Origin: Polyangiales bacterium
GTDB lineage: Bacteria > Myxococcota_A > Polyangia > Polyangiales > JADJQN01
Assembly (NCBI GenBank): GCA_964202905.1
Contig: CAXNJO010000005.1
Span: 288,001-352,000, forward strand
Direction: 5' to 3'
Length of the DNA stretch: 64,000 bases
Shown here one piece after another: positions 1-10,416 of the stretch; positions within the stretch are counted from its first letter, which is position 1; each line of letters begins with the position of its first letter. Under the pieces are notes generated by a model. That model was not told where the DNA came from. It did no database searches and worked only from the letters and a program-made list of their open reading frames with translations. The position numbers and the translations under genes are program-made.

Positions 1-611
1 TCGGCCTTGTGCCGCTTGTCGGTGACGTGCACGAGGATCGCGCGGCCGTCCTTCGCGACGACGGCGCGCGTGCGCGCGACGCGGGCGAACTCGGCCTCGA
101 GCGCGGGGAGCACCTCGGAGGGATTGCAGTCGAGTTTCGCGTAGGGGATCGGGCCGAACTTGCGGTAGGGCTCACCCGCCGTGCCGGGCGCGACGGGGAC
201 GCAGTGCGCCCAGTAGATCGTCTGCGGATAGCCCTCGGGCGACACGAGGATCGCGGCCACGAGGTCGAGCCGCAGCCGCGTGAGGTCGACGAGGTCGTCG
301 CGCGTGAGCGGCTCGGCGCGCAGGTGCGTGTGGATGAGACGCAGCCCGCGGAAGCGACCCTGCGCGGCGCGGAGACGGCCGATGTCCGGAAGCATGATCC
401 GCGCGGCGTCGCCGACGACGACGAAGGCGACCTGACCCTGCCGATCGACGAGCACGCCGACCTGCCGCCCGGTGATGTGCGACGCCTCGCAGAGGGAGCG
501 CGCGAGCTCGTGCGTGGTGAGCTGATCGAAGGGCACGCGCCGCCGGTAGAGGCGCTCGAGCGCCTTGGTCTCCGCGGTGCCGAGGCCCTGGGTGTTTCCG
601 TGCAGCTGCAA
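1..611 (-). CDS. hflX: GTPase HflX, N-terminal part (runs off the window edge)
   Basis: Hand translation from TTG 611: [27 protein letters not shown]...[14 protein letters not shown]...[12 protein letters not shown]...[17 protein letters not shown], the N-terminal extension of long HflX proteins. The GTPase domain is outside the window. Not in the supplied ORF track. Confidence 0.8.
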   Translation of the reverse strand, partial: MQLHGNTQGLGTAETKALERLYRRRVPFDQLTTHELARSLCEASHITGRQVGVLVDRQGQVAFVVVGDAARIMLPDIGRLRAAQGRFRGLRLIHTHLRAEPLTRDDLVDLTRLRLDLVAAILVSPEGYPQTIYWAHCVPVAPGTAGEPYRKFGPIPYAKLDCNPSEVLPALEAEFARVARTRAVVAKDGRAILVHVTDKRHKA

Positions 612-678
612 GGCCGGGAACGTAGTGCGCACGCCCGCGCGGCGCCAGAGCGGCACCGATGCGCGCGGCGCGGCGCCG

Positions 679-2169
679 TCAGTGCCAGAAGCCGATGCCG
701 ATGCCCCAATCGACGTAGCGCCGCGCGACGTCCCCGACGAGCGAGAGCCGCCACGCCGTCCCCGGAACGAGGCCGAAGAGATCCCACTCGAAGAGCCGCA
801 CGTCGAGGCCCGCGGTGGCGTGCATGCGCCCCGCGACGCCCTCGAAGCGCGACGGCTCGAAGTATCCGCCGCCACGCAGCTTCAGGCGGTCGGGCCACGG
901 CTCGATCTCGACGCCGAGACGCACGCTCGCCGTGACGCTGCGCCCCGAGGCGTCGGCCTGACCGCGCAGATAGCCCTCGATCCCGACGCCATCGCGCGTC
1001 GGACCGGTGACGACCAGTTCGCCGGTGAGCAGCACGTAACGCCTCGAAAGTACGCGCAAATCCGTCGCACGGCGCAGCGCTGCGTAGGCGATCTCTCGTT
1101 CGAACTCGGCGTCCTCGGCCTCGATGCGCGCGTCCTCCGCGGCGCGCCACGCGGCATCCGCGGGCACGTCGCCCGGCGCCCCACCCGCCGCGACCTCACG
1201 GACGAGCTGCGCGTTCGCGCGCTCGCTGCGTCGGCGCCGGTGCCGCTCCGCGAGCGCGTCGGCGGCGCGCCCCGGATCGACGAAGCGACGGTTGAGCGGG
1301 CGATCGCCGAGCTGCCACGCCACGCCGAGCTGCAGCTCCCAGGGCAGGTGCGCCGCGCGCGGCAGGGGGCGGGCGTCCGCGTCGGGCGCGCTGCCCGCCT
1401 CGGAGTCGACGGAAAGACCCGCGCGAAACGCCGCGCCGACGCGCCAGGGCTGCCCCGCGAGGCGCACGAGCGCGCCGATCTCGGGCGCCGTCCCCGAGAG
1501 CTGGAGCAGCGGGGTCGCGCCCGCGTCCACGGTGAACGAGGCCGTCCGCGCGCCGCCACCGACGACGACCTGCCCGTCGAGCAGTCCGTAGCCGAGCCCG
1601 TAGCTGCCGGTCGTCAGGCCGACCGAGATGTCGCGACCGCCGACGCGCGCGTCGTACACGAAGGAGCGCAGCAGAACGCCGAAGCCGAGCGCGCCGAACT
1701 GCAGCCCGACGCCGAAGTCGCCGTACAGGAAGTCCCGGTAGCCGACGCTCGCGTCGCCGTTGTTGTCGAAGTCGCCGCGCGCGGAGGTCGAGGGCAGCAG
1801 GATCCCCGCGGAGGCGTCCCACGCGAGCCAGTCCGTCTCCCAGAGTTCGCGGGAGGCGTAGGACGCCGGATTCCACGCGACGCCGGCGATGTCGGCGGCG
1901 ACGGCCGAGTACGCGCCGCCGAGCCCGATCATGCGGCTCGAGCCGAGCACGGGGCCGTTGTGCACGTCGATCTGGAAGCTGCCCGGCGCGAGCGCCTGCG
2001 CCGACGCGCGGCCCGCGACCCCGAGGACGCACAGCGTCGCCGCGAGGCGCACGACGACGCCGAGCACCGCCGCGACGCGCGGGAGCGCGGCAGACCACGC
2101 GACGGCCCGCGAGGCCGCGCGGGACCGCGCTCCGCAGGGCGTCCCGCGGGCGCAACCACCGCCGCGCAT
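679..2169 (-). CDS. Putative outer-membrane beta-barrel protein (FadL/PorV-like N-terminal motif)
   Basis: Signal peptide ending ASA-Q; motif SSRMIGLGGAYSAVAADIAGVAWNPAS; alternating beta-strand pattern; C-terminus WGIGIGFWH. Start uncertain. Confidence 0.6.
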   Translation of the reverse strand: MRGGGCARGTPCGARSRAASRAVAWSAALPRVAAVLGVVVRLAATLCVLGVAGRASAQALAPGSFQIDVHNGPVLGSSRMIGLGGAYSAVAADIAGVAWNPASYASRELWETDWLAWDASAGILLPSTSARGDFDNNGDASVGYRDFLYGDFGVGLQFGALGFGVLLRSFVYDARVGGRDISVGLTTGSYGLGYGLLDGQVVVGGGARTASFTVDAGATPLLQLSGTAPEIGALVRLAGQPWRVGAAFRAGLSVDSEAGSAPDADARPLPRAAHLPWELQLGVAWQLGDRPLNRRFVDPGRAADALAERHRRRRSERANAQLVREVAAGGAPGDVPADAAWRAAEDARIEAEDAEFEREIAYAALRRATDLRVLSRRYVLLTGELVVTGPTRDGVGIEGYLRGQADASGRSVTASVRLGVEIEPWPDRLKLRGGGYFEPSRFEGVAGRMHATAGLDVRLFEWDLFGLVPGTAWRLSLVGDVARRYVDWGIGIGFWH

Positions 2170-2171
2170 CG

Positions 2172-3283
2172 TCAGCGACGGCGCGGGCGTCGAGCCGCGC
2201 GGCGAGCTCCGCCGCGAGGCCGCTCGCCTCGGGCGCCGCGAGCAACCCCTCGAGCCGGCGCGGATCCGTGACGGGCGCGGGCGCGGGCACCCGCAGGCGC
2301 AGCGCGAGCGAGCGGGCGGCGGCGTCGCGCAGCCGCGCGGCGAAGGTCGCGTCCGCCTCGGCGCGGCGGACGAGCGCCTCCTGCGCGACGAGCGCGCGCT
2401 CCGGCTCCGAGCAGACCAGCAGCGCGTCGCAGCCCGCGGCGATGGCGAGGCAGGCGGCGTCGCCCGTCTCGTAGTGGTCGGCGACGGCCTTCATCTCGAG
2501 GTCGTCGCTGACGATGAGGCCGTCGTAGCCGAGCTCGCCGCGCAGCAGCCCCGTGATGACGCGCGGCGAGAGCGTCGCGGGCACGTCGGCGTCGAGGGCG
2601 TCGAAGACGACGTGCGCCGTCATGAGCGAAGGCACGCGTCCACGCGCGGCGCGGAAGGGCGCGAGCTCCACGGCGTCGAGGCGCGCGCGGTCGTGCGCGA
2701 GCCGCGGGAGCGCGAGGTGGGAGTCGAGGTGCGTGTCGCCGTGCCCCGGGAAGTGCTTGCCGCACGAGAGCACGTGCGCGTCGAGCAGCCCGTCCGAGAA
2801 GGCGAGCGCGTACGCGATCACGCTCGCCGCGTCGCGCCCGAACGCGCGGTCGCCGATGACCGGATTCGCCGGGTTCGTGTCGATGTCGAGCACCGGCGCG
2901 AAGTCCATCGTGAAGCCGAGCGCGCGGAGCTGCGCGCCGAGCGCCGCGGCCGCCCGCCGCACGAGCCCCGCGTCGCCGAGCGCCGCGAGCCGCTGCATCG
3001 CCGGCAGCGGCAGCACCGGCGCCTTCAGCCGCGCGACCCGCCCGCCCTCCTGGTCGACGGCGACGAGCAGCGGCCGCGACGCCGGGACGTCCGCGACGAG
3101 CTCCGCGTTGAGGGCCGCGACCTCGGCCGGCCCACCGAGGTTGCGCTTGAACAGGATGTAGCCGCCGAGCGCACCGGCCCGCGCGAGCGCGCGGAGCGCA
3201 GGCGACGGGCCATCGGCGGGGAAGCCGACGATGAGCACCTGGCCGGCACACGTGGGGAGATCGAGGTCGCTGGAGGGCGTCAC
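2172..3283 (-). CDS. nagZ: Beta-N-acetylhexosaminidase (GH3)
   Basis: DQEGGRVAR, KHFPGHG-D-DSH and SDDLEM motifs. The frame reads through into the next gene; an out-of-frame TGA at 2172-2174 just before the next ATG is the likely true stop (probable indel). Confidence 0.88.
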
Positions 3284-3425
3284 GGCGCGCGAGGGTAGAC
3301 GAGCGGATCGCGCAGGTCACGGGCGCGCAACGGGGGCCGTGGCCCCCACCCGATGGGTTGCCCCCCCCGCCCCGGGTTGCTACACGTCGCCGAGCCTCGG
3401 CGATCCCGCGCGCGGCCCTTCCTCC

Positions 3426-5120
3426 ATGGAGCCTGCCATCCCCGATCTGGACGAGGCGACGCCGCCACGCGCTGCGGACGAGCGCCCGACCCGCGCGGAG
3501 CGGCCATCCCCCACCCGCGACCCCGAGTCACCCCGCCGCGAGCGCGGAGGTGCCCCGCGCCCCGCGGTCCATGCGCACCCGATCGACGTCGACCGCATCG
3601 ACCCGGACGCGGTGAAGGTGCTCCGGCGCCTCACCCGCGCGGGTTACACGGCCTACCTCGTCGGCGGCGGCGTGCGGGACCTGCTGCTCGACCGCAGCCC
3701 CAAGGACTTCGACATCGCGACGAGCGCGCGGCCGAACGAGGTCCGCAACCTCTTCCGGAACTGCCGCATCATCGGGCGGCGCTTCCGCCTCGCGCACATC
3801 CTCTTCGCGGGCGGCAAGGTCATCGAGACGGCCACCTTCCGCAAGGATCCGACCGAGGCCCTCGACCTCGCCGAGGACGCGGCGCGCGAAGAGTCCGGGA
3901 TCGACGAGCCCTCCGACGCGGCGCGCGGCGAGTCCGGGCACCCGCTCGACGGCACGGCGCTCGTGCCACGCCGCAAGAAGCGCGGTGACGACGCCGATCT
4001 CCTCATCCGGCACGACAACGTCTTCGGCGAGCCTCACGAGGACGCGATCCGCCGCGACTTCACGATCAACGGCCTCTTCTACGACCTCGATCGCGAAGAG
4101 GTCATCGACTACGTCGGCGGCATGGCCGACCTCGAGCGCCGCGTCGTGCGCACGATCGGCGAGCCCGACGTCCGCTTCCGCGAAGACCCGATCCGCATGC
4201 TGCGCGCCATCAAGTTCGGCGCGCGCTGCGATCTCGGCCTCGCCCCCGAGGTCTACGACGCCATCATCGACAACCGGCAGGAGCTCGGGAAGAGCGCCCC
4301 GCCACGCGTGCTCGAGGAGGTGCTCCGGCTGATGCGCGGAGGCGCGGCGCACCGCTCGATCTGGCTCGCCTGGGACACCGGACTGCTGCACGTCGTGCTG
4401 CCGGAGCTGGCCGCGTACCTCGACGATCAGGGCGCGGGCACCGAGGCGCTCTTCGGGCGGCTCCGCGCCATCGACGCGCGCACGCGGGATCACGGCGTGC
4501 CGAGCGACGCCGTGCTCCTGGCCGCGCTGCTGTTCGAGCCGGCCGACGAGGCGATGGAGGGCGAGACGGACCTCGTGACCGCCTACGACGACTTCGTCGC
4601 CACGCCGGCCGAGCGCCTCGCGATCCCACGACGCCTGCGCGACCGGATGCGCCTCGTGATGCTCGCGCAGCGGCGGCTCCGCACGGGGCGGCACGCCTCG
4701 GTGATGCGCCGCGACTTCTTCCCGGAGGCGGCGATGCTCTTCGCGCTCGACCGCGCCGGGCGCGGCGAGGCGGTGCCGGAGTGGGCGGCGCGCGCATGCG
4801 ACGTCGCGCCGAGCGGCCCGGCGGCCCCAGACGACCCGCGCGCGGAACCCCGCGACGGCCGTCGAGGCGGAAGCGGAGAGCGCGACGAGCGGCGCCCGGC
4901 TCCGCGTCACGAGCGCCTCGAGCGCGCGGCGCGCGCCCCCTTCGTCGCGGGGGACGCCTTCGCGGACGCGCCGTTCAGCGATGTCCTCGTGCCGCCCGAG
5001 CCGACGCCGACGCGCGCGCGGCCGGGGACCGAGGGGCCCGGCGCGCCGGGCGGGAGCGCGCAGGATGCGCCGGCGAGCGACGACGCGCGGCGCCGTCCCC
5101 GACGCCGCCGCCGGGGCTGA
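3426..5120 (+). CDS. pcnB: Poly(A) polymerase I
   Basis: YLVGGGVRDLLL-PKDFDIAT nucleotidyltransferase motif, the PAP-specific IIGRRFRLAHI signature, RRDFTIN, EDPIRMLRA and an Arg-rich tail. Confidence 0.9.
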   Translation: MEPAIPDLDEATPPRAADERPTRAERPSPTRDPESPRRERGGAPRPAVHAHPIDVDRIDPDAVKVLRRLTRAGYTAYLVGGGVRDLLLDRSPKDFDIATSARPNEVRNLFRNCRIIGRRFRLAHILFAGGKVIETATFRKDPTEALDLAEDAAREESGIDEPSDAARGESGHPLDGTALVPRRKKRGDDADLLIRHDNVFGEPHEDAIRRDFTINGLFYDLDREEVIDYVGGMADLERRVVRTIGEPDVRFREDPIRMLRAIKFGARCDLGLAPEVYDAIIDNRQELGKSAPPRVLEEVLRLMRGGAAHRSIWLAWDTGLLHVVLPELAAYLDDQGAGTEALFGRLRAIDARTRDHGVPSDAVLLAALLFEPADEAMEGETDLVTAYDDFVATPAERLAIPRRLRDRMRLVMLAQRRLRTGRHASVMRRDFFPEAAMLFALDRAGRGEAVPEWAARACDVAPSGPAAPDDPRAEPRDGRRGGSGERDERRPAPRHERLERAARAPFVAGDAFADAPFSDVLVPPEPTPTRARPGTEGPGAPGGSAQDAPASDDARRRPRRRRRG

Positions 5121-5179
5121 CACGGCCGCGCGCGGCGCGGCGCGCGCCGGGCGGTGCGCTCGGCCGGCGCGGGGCGCTT

Positions 5180-7382
5180 CGGACAACCGCGCGCGTCGCT
5201 GCGCTCTGGCTCTGCGTCGGCCTCAGCCTGTGGACGGCCACGCCTGCCGACGCGCAGCGCGCCCCGTCGCCGCGCGTGCTCCGCGCTGCGCTCACGCGGC
5301 CGCCCACGTCGGGATCGCGCGCGTCACCGCACGCGCTGCCGCAGCGCTGGCCGCGTGCGCCCCTCGGCGGGCCGGCGCCGGTGACCGGCGACCCGCTCGC
5401 GATGTCGTTGCTGCGGCTGCCGTCGCTGCCCGCGGACGCGGGGCGCGGCGCGACGGTGTGCGTCATCGACACGGGGCTCGACCTCACGCACGCCGCGCTG
5501 CGCACCCCGGAGGGCGGGACCCGCGTGCGCGCCCTGCTCGATCTCGACGCGCCGCCACGCAGCGCGGCCGGGGCGGCCCTCGACCCCGCGACCCGCGTGC
5601 TCGAGGCGCGCTTCGGGGCCGCGGTCTGGGACCGCGCCGCCCTCGACGCCGCGCTGCTGACGGGCGACGACGCCGCGCTCCCCCGCGACGCGTACGGACA
5701 CGGCACGGCCGCCGCCGCGCTCGCCGCCGGGGCGGGCGTCGGCCTCGCGCCGGGCGCCGAGATCGTCGTCGTGCGCGCCCTACGCCGCGGGGTGCCCGGC
5801 TTCCTCGACGAAGACATCGTCGCCGGCGCGGCGTTCTGCGCGGAGGCCGCCGCGGATCCGGCGCGCACGGTCGTGCTGCTCGCGCTCGGCGGACACGACG
5901 GCGCGCACGACGGCACCGAGCCCGTCGAGCGCGCGCTCGCCGCGCACCCGGGGCTCGTCGTCGCCGCCGCGGGCAACGACGGCGACGCGGCCGTTCACGC
6001 GCGCGCCGCGCTCGACGGCGGCGACATCCGCATCGCGTTGCGCATCCCGGACCCCGCCGCCGACGCCGCGGGCGAGGCGTACGTCGCGCTCGTGGTCACG
6101 CTCGCGGACGCGCCCGACGCGGGCCTCGCGGTCGCGCTCGAGGCGCCCGACGGCACCCTGACCGCGTGGAGCGACACCGCCTCCGTCACCACCACGGACG
6201 CCCCCGGCGCGCGGCTCGCGCTCGAGGCCGCCGAGACAGCCCGTCCCGATGGGGCGCGCGTCGTCTACGCCGTGATCGCGGGCGGCGGCGACGTGCCCAC
6301 GCCGCTCGAGGGCGGCGCCTACGCGCTGCGCGTCCGGGGCCGCGGGCAGATGGAGGCGTGGATCGCGGGCGCCTCGCTGCCGGGCGCCCTCTTCGCGCCG
6401 CGCCTCGCGGGGCCGTACGTCGACGCGGGCTCGACGGTCACCATCCCCGGCACGAGCCCCGACGTGCTCACCGTCGGCGCGGTCGCCGCGCGGGTGGCGC
6501 TCGGCGAGCTGCGGCGCGCGGGCGACACGACCGGCGCGCCCGCCTCGTTCACCTCGCACGGCCCGACGCGCAGCGGCGCGCCGAAGCCCGACGTCGCCGC
6601 ACCCGGCACCTTCGTCGTCACCGCGCTCTCGCGCGACGTCCGCGCCGGCGAGCCCAACCTGCTCGGCGGCTCGGCGGCGGCCCTCGAGGCGCGGCGCGTC
6701 GGCCCCGCGCACGTCGCGCTCGACGGCTCGTCGTGGAGCGCGGCCCTCGCCGCCGGCGCGCTCGCCGTCGCCCTCGCCGAGCACGCCGTCACGCGGCGCG
6801 GACGACCGCGCGCTCTTCGCCGCGACCGCCGCGCCCATCGCGGAGGCCGCGTGGGATCCGCGGGCGGGCGCCGGCGTGGTGGACGTCGCGCGCTTCCTCG
6901 CCGCCCGCCGCGCCGCCCTCTCCGCCGATGCGTCCGACGCGCCGATCGACCCGCGGGCGAGCCGCGCCGCGCTCACGCGCGCCCTCGCGCTCCCCGGCGC
7001 CGACGACGTGCACGTCGTCGCCCGCGTGCTCGACGTGGACGGCGCGCCCCTCCGCGCGGGGCAGATCACCCTCTCGCGCGACGGCGTGGACGTCCTCACC
7101 CTCCCCCTCCGCGACGGCCTCGCGTCCGGCCCGCTTCCCCCGGAGACGCTCCAGCGGGGCGCGCTCACCTTCGACGTGCGCGCCAACGGCGTCCCGCTCG
7201 CTCCGCTCGTCCTCCGCGTCGGCCTGCCCCTCTCCGGCGCACCCGCGCCCGACCTGAACTGCGCGCTCGCCCCCGGGCCGCGCCGCGCAGGACCTCCCGC
7301 CGCCCACCTCGGCCTCCTGGTCGCCGCGCTCGCCGCCGGCGCCCTCCGTCGCCCGCGCGGACGCCCGCAGCCTCGCGGGTGA
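5180..7382 (+). CDS. Secreted S8 subtilisin-like serine peptidase with MYXO-CTERM-like tail (frameshift near 6795; start codon not identified)
   Basis: VIDTGLD (Asp), YGHGTAAA (His), AAAGND, KPDVAAPG, DGSSWSAA (Ser). The second frame continues ...WDPRAGAGVVDV and ends NCALAPG...HLGLLVAALAAGALRRPR. Confidence 0.75.
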
Positions 7383-7546
7383 CCATTTGCGTCACCGCCT
7401 CCTGGACTGGTGACGAAATCCGTCACCCCGGGCGCGCTGCCCGCCCTGCGACGCCGACCGCGCCGCCGGGCGGATCAACCGCGAAACAGCCCTCGCCCGC
7501 GCGCGGAAGGCCTCGGCACGGAATCTGGACGACGGCATCCCATCGA

Positions 7547-7562
7547 TGGCACAAGACGTGCT
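7547..7562 (+). promoter_or_regulatory. Sigma54 (-24/-12) promoter of the pilin gene
   Basis: TGGCAC-AAGAC-GTGCT has GG-N10-GC spacing and lies about 50 bp upstream of the pilin start; AAGGAG RBS at 7599-7604. Confidence 0.75.
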
Positions 7563-7613
7563 CCGGGGGCGTCGCGTCGCAGGGCGTACCGTCGGCACAA
7601 GGAGACCTATCTC

Positions 7614-8171
7614 ATGATGACCAAGCTGATCCAGAAGAAGAAGGCGGGCTTCACGCTCATCGAGCTCATGATCGTCGTCGCCATCATCGGCATCCTCGCC
7701 GCGATCGCGATCCCGGCCTTCATCGGCTACGTCAAGCGCGCGAAGACCTCCGAGGCGACCGGCAACCTCAACTCGATCTTCAAGTCCGCCACCAGCTACT
7801 ACAACGTCGAGCGCACGGGCCAGGGCATCACCGCCACCACCCAGAACGCCTGCACCATCGGCACCGCGGCGCTGAAGCCCGTGACGCCGGGCGCCGCGAA
7901 GCAGCAGTACAACTTCGCGACCGCGACGGACCCCGAGTTCAACGCGATCGGCTTCTCCGTGTCGGACTACATCTACTACGGCTACGGCCTCGTCAGCGGC
8001 GGTGGCGCGTGCGCGAACACCGCGAGCGACACCACCATCTACACCATCTACGCGCAGGGCAACCTCGACGGCGACGCCGTGAACTCGACCTTCGAGCTCT
8101 CGGTCGGCACGGACGCGAACAACGAGCTGTTCCACGCCCGCGGCTACTACATCGTCAACGAGATCGAGTGA
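7614..8171 (+). CDS. pilA: Type IVa major pilin
   Basis: Class III signal KKKAG|FTLIELMIVVAIIGILAAIAIPAF with Glu5; two Cys; C-terminal AQGNLDGD motif; strong RBS and strongly biased codon usage. Confidence 0.9.
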   Translation: MMTKLIQKKKAGFTLIELMIVVAIIGILAAIAIPAFIGYVKRAKTSEATGNLNSIFKSATSYYNVERTGQGITATTQNACTIGTAALKPVTPGAAKQQYNFATATDPEFNAIGFSVSDYIYYGYGLVSGGGACANTASDTTIYTIYAQGNLDGDAVNSTFELSVGTDANNELFHARGYYIVNEIE

Positions 8172-8216
8172 GCTCGCCGCTGCCCGCACGGGCAGCGCAG
8201 GCGACTCGCCTCACGG

Positions 8217-8253
8217 GCCCTCGGCGCGCAACGCGTCGGGGGCTTCGTCTTTT
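8217..8253 (+). terminator. Rho-independent terminator after the pilin
   Basis: GCCCTCGGCGCG-CAA-CGCGTCGGGGGC 12-bp stem (two G-U pairs) followed by TTCGTCTTTT. Confidence 0.75.
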
Positions 8254-8396
8254 CGGGGCCCGACGCCAGAGCCCGACGCCAGAGCCCGACGCCGGGGAAG
8301 GCGCCCTCGCAAGGAGCGTGAACCCTCCGCCCCCGAGGCCGCCTGCGCGCGACGCGCCCACGGGCTGCCCGCAGCGCTCGACCCCGTCGCGAGACG

Positions 8397-9815
8397 TCAG
8401 GGGGCGGCGGCCCGATCGACGACCAGCTCGCAGGCGCGCTCGTTGACGTCCACGGAGTCCGCGTCCGGCAGGCGCGGGCCGAGGTTGGTCACCGCGAGCA
8501 GCACGTGGTCGGTGTGCGCGCGCAGCTCGAGCACGAGGTAGCTGCGCGGCAGGCGACGCGGGGGCGCCGACATCTGCGAGAGGACGCGACCTTCCGCGTC
8601 GAGCCGCACGGCGACGAGTGACCAGCGCGTCCCGTACTCGCCGCGGAGCCAGACGCGCAAGCTCGCTTCCAACGGGGCGTCGCGCGTGTCGAGGACGACG
8701 TAGCCGGAGCCGAAGGCGCGGATCGCGGGGTTGTCGAGGCGCGCGCGACGGGGGAGCGACGCCCAGGGATACGGGCCGGCGTGCGGGGGCGGGGCGAGGC
8801 GGGGGATCGCGCGGAGCGCGGCGGAGCTGGCCGCCGGGGTGCCGGCCAGCCAGCGCGTGAGCGCGACCGTCTCGAGCACGTCGTCGAGGGTCTCGGTGTC
8901 CTCGGGGAACATCGCGCGCGACACCTGGAAGAGGTCCGGCGCGCCGCGGAGATCGAATCCCTCCCAGGTGCGCTGCCGCGCGAATTCCCAGGCGCCGCGG
9001 ACGAAGCGGCCCGTACCGCCGCTGTGGTACGCGTCGAGGAGCGCGAGCCACGCGGCCCCGCCCGCCCCGCTCAGCGGGCGCCCGTCGTCCGTCGCGCCAT
9101 CCTCGCCGAGGTGCGCGGCGCGGTCGGGGATCGGCGCGCGCCCGGGCGCCGCCATCGCGCGGGCGACCTCGTCCTCGTCGCATCCGAAACGCCCCGTGAC
9201 CATCCACGCGAGCCACGCGCTCGTGGCGTGGCGCCACTGCGGAGCTTCGGCGGGGTCGGCCGTGAGGAGGGCGGCCTCCGCGTAGGCCTGCGTGACACAC
9301 GCCGGCAGGAGGTCGGGGTCGACGTCCGGATCGACGATCGCGTGCGCGGCGACGGAATCCTCGAAGGAGAAGGGAACGTCGCCGTCGACGCGCGCCACGA
9401 GCGCGGCGCCCTCGAGGTCGGCGAGGTAGAGGTCGAAGCCCGCCGTACCGCCGCGCCCGCCATCCGGCGCCGGCGCCGCCCAGCCCGTGACACGCAGCAG
9501 GTCGGCCGCGGTCTCGAGCGCCTCGAGCGCCGCGACGCCGAGCGGGGCGCGCGCCGCGCGCAGATCGACGTGCACGGAGAGCGGGCGGAGGGGGCTGTCG
9601 AGCCGGAGCAGCGCGCCGACCGGGCGCGGCACAGGCACCGGACGTGGCACGCGCTGCCCCGCCCAGCGCGTGTTGGTCGAAGCGGCGAGCAGGTCGGCGA
9701 CGGCGTCGATCGCCGACCCTGTCGCGGGGACGCCCGCGGTCGTCTGCGCGCGCACGGGGACGCTCACCGTGACCGCCGCGAGCAGAAAGACGGACCGAAA
9801 AAGACGCGCGCGCAC
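8397..9815 (-). CDS. Secreted hypothetical protein resembling MXAN_6640-type metalloproteases but without HExxH
   Basis: GTG start, signal peptide ending VRA-Q; WAAPAPDGGRGGTAGFDLYL motif; no HExxH found. Confidence 0.55.
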   Translation of the reverse strand: MRARLFRSVFLLAAVTVSVPVRAQTTAGVPATGSAIDAVADLLAASTNTRWAGQRVPRPVPVPRPVGALLRLDSPLRPLSVHVDLRAARAPLGVAALEALETAADLLRVTGWAAPAPDGGRGGTAGFDLYLADLEGAALVARVDGDVPFSFEDSVAAHAIVDPDVDPDLLPACVTQAYAEAALLTADPAEAPQWRHATSAWLAWMVTGRFGCDEDEVARAMAAPGRAPIPDRAAHLGEDGATDDGRPLSGAGGAAWLALLDAYHSGGTGRFVRGAWEFARQRTWEGFDLRGAPDLFQVSRAMFPEDTETLDDVLETVALTRWLAGTPAASSAALRAIPRLAPPPHAGPYPWASLPRRARLDNPAIRAFGSGYVVLDTRDAPLEASLRVWLRGEYGTRWSLVAVRLDAEGRVLSQMSAPPRRLPRSYLVLELRAHTDHVLLAVTNLGPRLPDADSVDVNERACELVVDRAAAP

Positions 9816-9867
9816 GAGGCGCTCATTTGACACGAAGGGCCGCGACCTTCTACACACGGGGACGCCA

Positions 9868-10416
9868 ATGGACGAACCGCGCTTCGACCCCGGTGGGTTC
9901 TGGGAGTTCCACCTGAGCGGCGGCGCCGTCCGCACCCGCAACGGTCGTCGCGTCGTCGCGCTCCCGGAGGACGTCGCGGCGACGCTGCTGCGGCTCGCGC
10001 TCGCCCAGGGCGACGAGACGCTGCTCGCGCGCATCGGGGCGGCGCTCGGCGAGGAGGCCGCGGCGACGCTCGAGGGCGACCCCGGCGCGCGCTCCCCGGA
10101 GACGGTCCTCGGCCACGTGAAGAGCGTGGTCGCGCTGTTCGGGTTGGGGCGCCTCGCGCTCGAACAGTGGGGCCACGTGCTCGTCGCGACCCTCGACGGC
10201 GCGCCGCCGCTGCCGCCGGACGCGCTCGCGGCGCTGCTCGGCGGCCTCTTCGCGGCGCTCGGCGGGCGCGACGCGCGCTGCGTGGCGACGCGCGAAGGGC
10301 GCTTCGTCGTCGTCCACGCGGAGGCCGCCGCCGCGGTGCGAAGCTGGGCGGCCGAAGGCGCCGAACCGGGCGTCATCGCCACGCGCCTCGGCCCCGCGTC
10401 GGAGGCCGCGTCGTGA
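9868..10416 (+). CDS. Hypothetical protein, V4R-like ligand-binding fold
   Basis: MDEPRFDPGGFWEFHLSGGAVRTRNGRRVVAL...LFGLGRL...LLGGLFAALGGRDARC pattern; its stop overlaps the next start (GTGA). Confidence 0.55.
   Translation: MDEPRFDPGGFWEFHLSGGAVRTRNGRRVVALPEDVAATLLRLALAQGDETLLARIGAALGEEAAATLEGDPGARSPETVLGHVKSVVALFGLGRLALEQWGHVLVATLDGAPPLPPDALAALLGGLFAALGGRDARCVATREGRFVVVHAEAAAAVRSWAAEGAEPGVIATRLGPASEAAS

Noticed and set aside
1196..3283. 695-aa NagZ with a long C-terminal extension
   Set aside because: The extension is low-complexity read-through overlapping the barrel gene; a TGA in a neighbouring frame fits the normal length.
7614..8171. Pilin as a conductive e-pilin (aromatics at 1, 24, 27, 50, 51; about 20 F/Y in 173 aa)
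   Set aside because: There is a 35-residue aromatic-free gap (52-86) and no aromatic at 32 or 57, and no cytochrome context.
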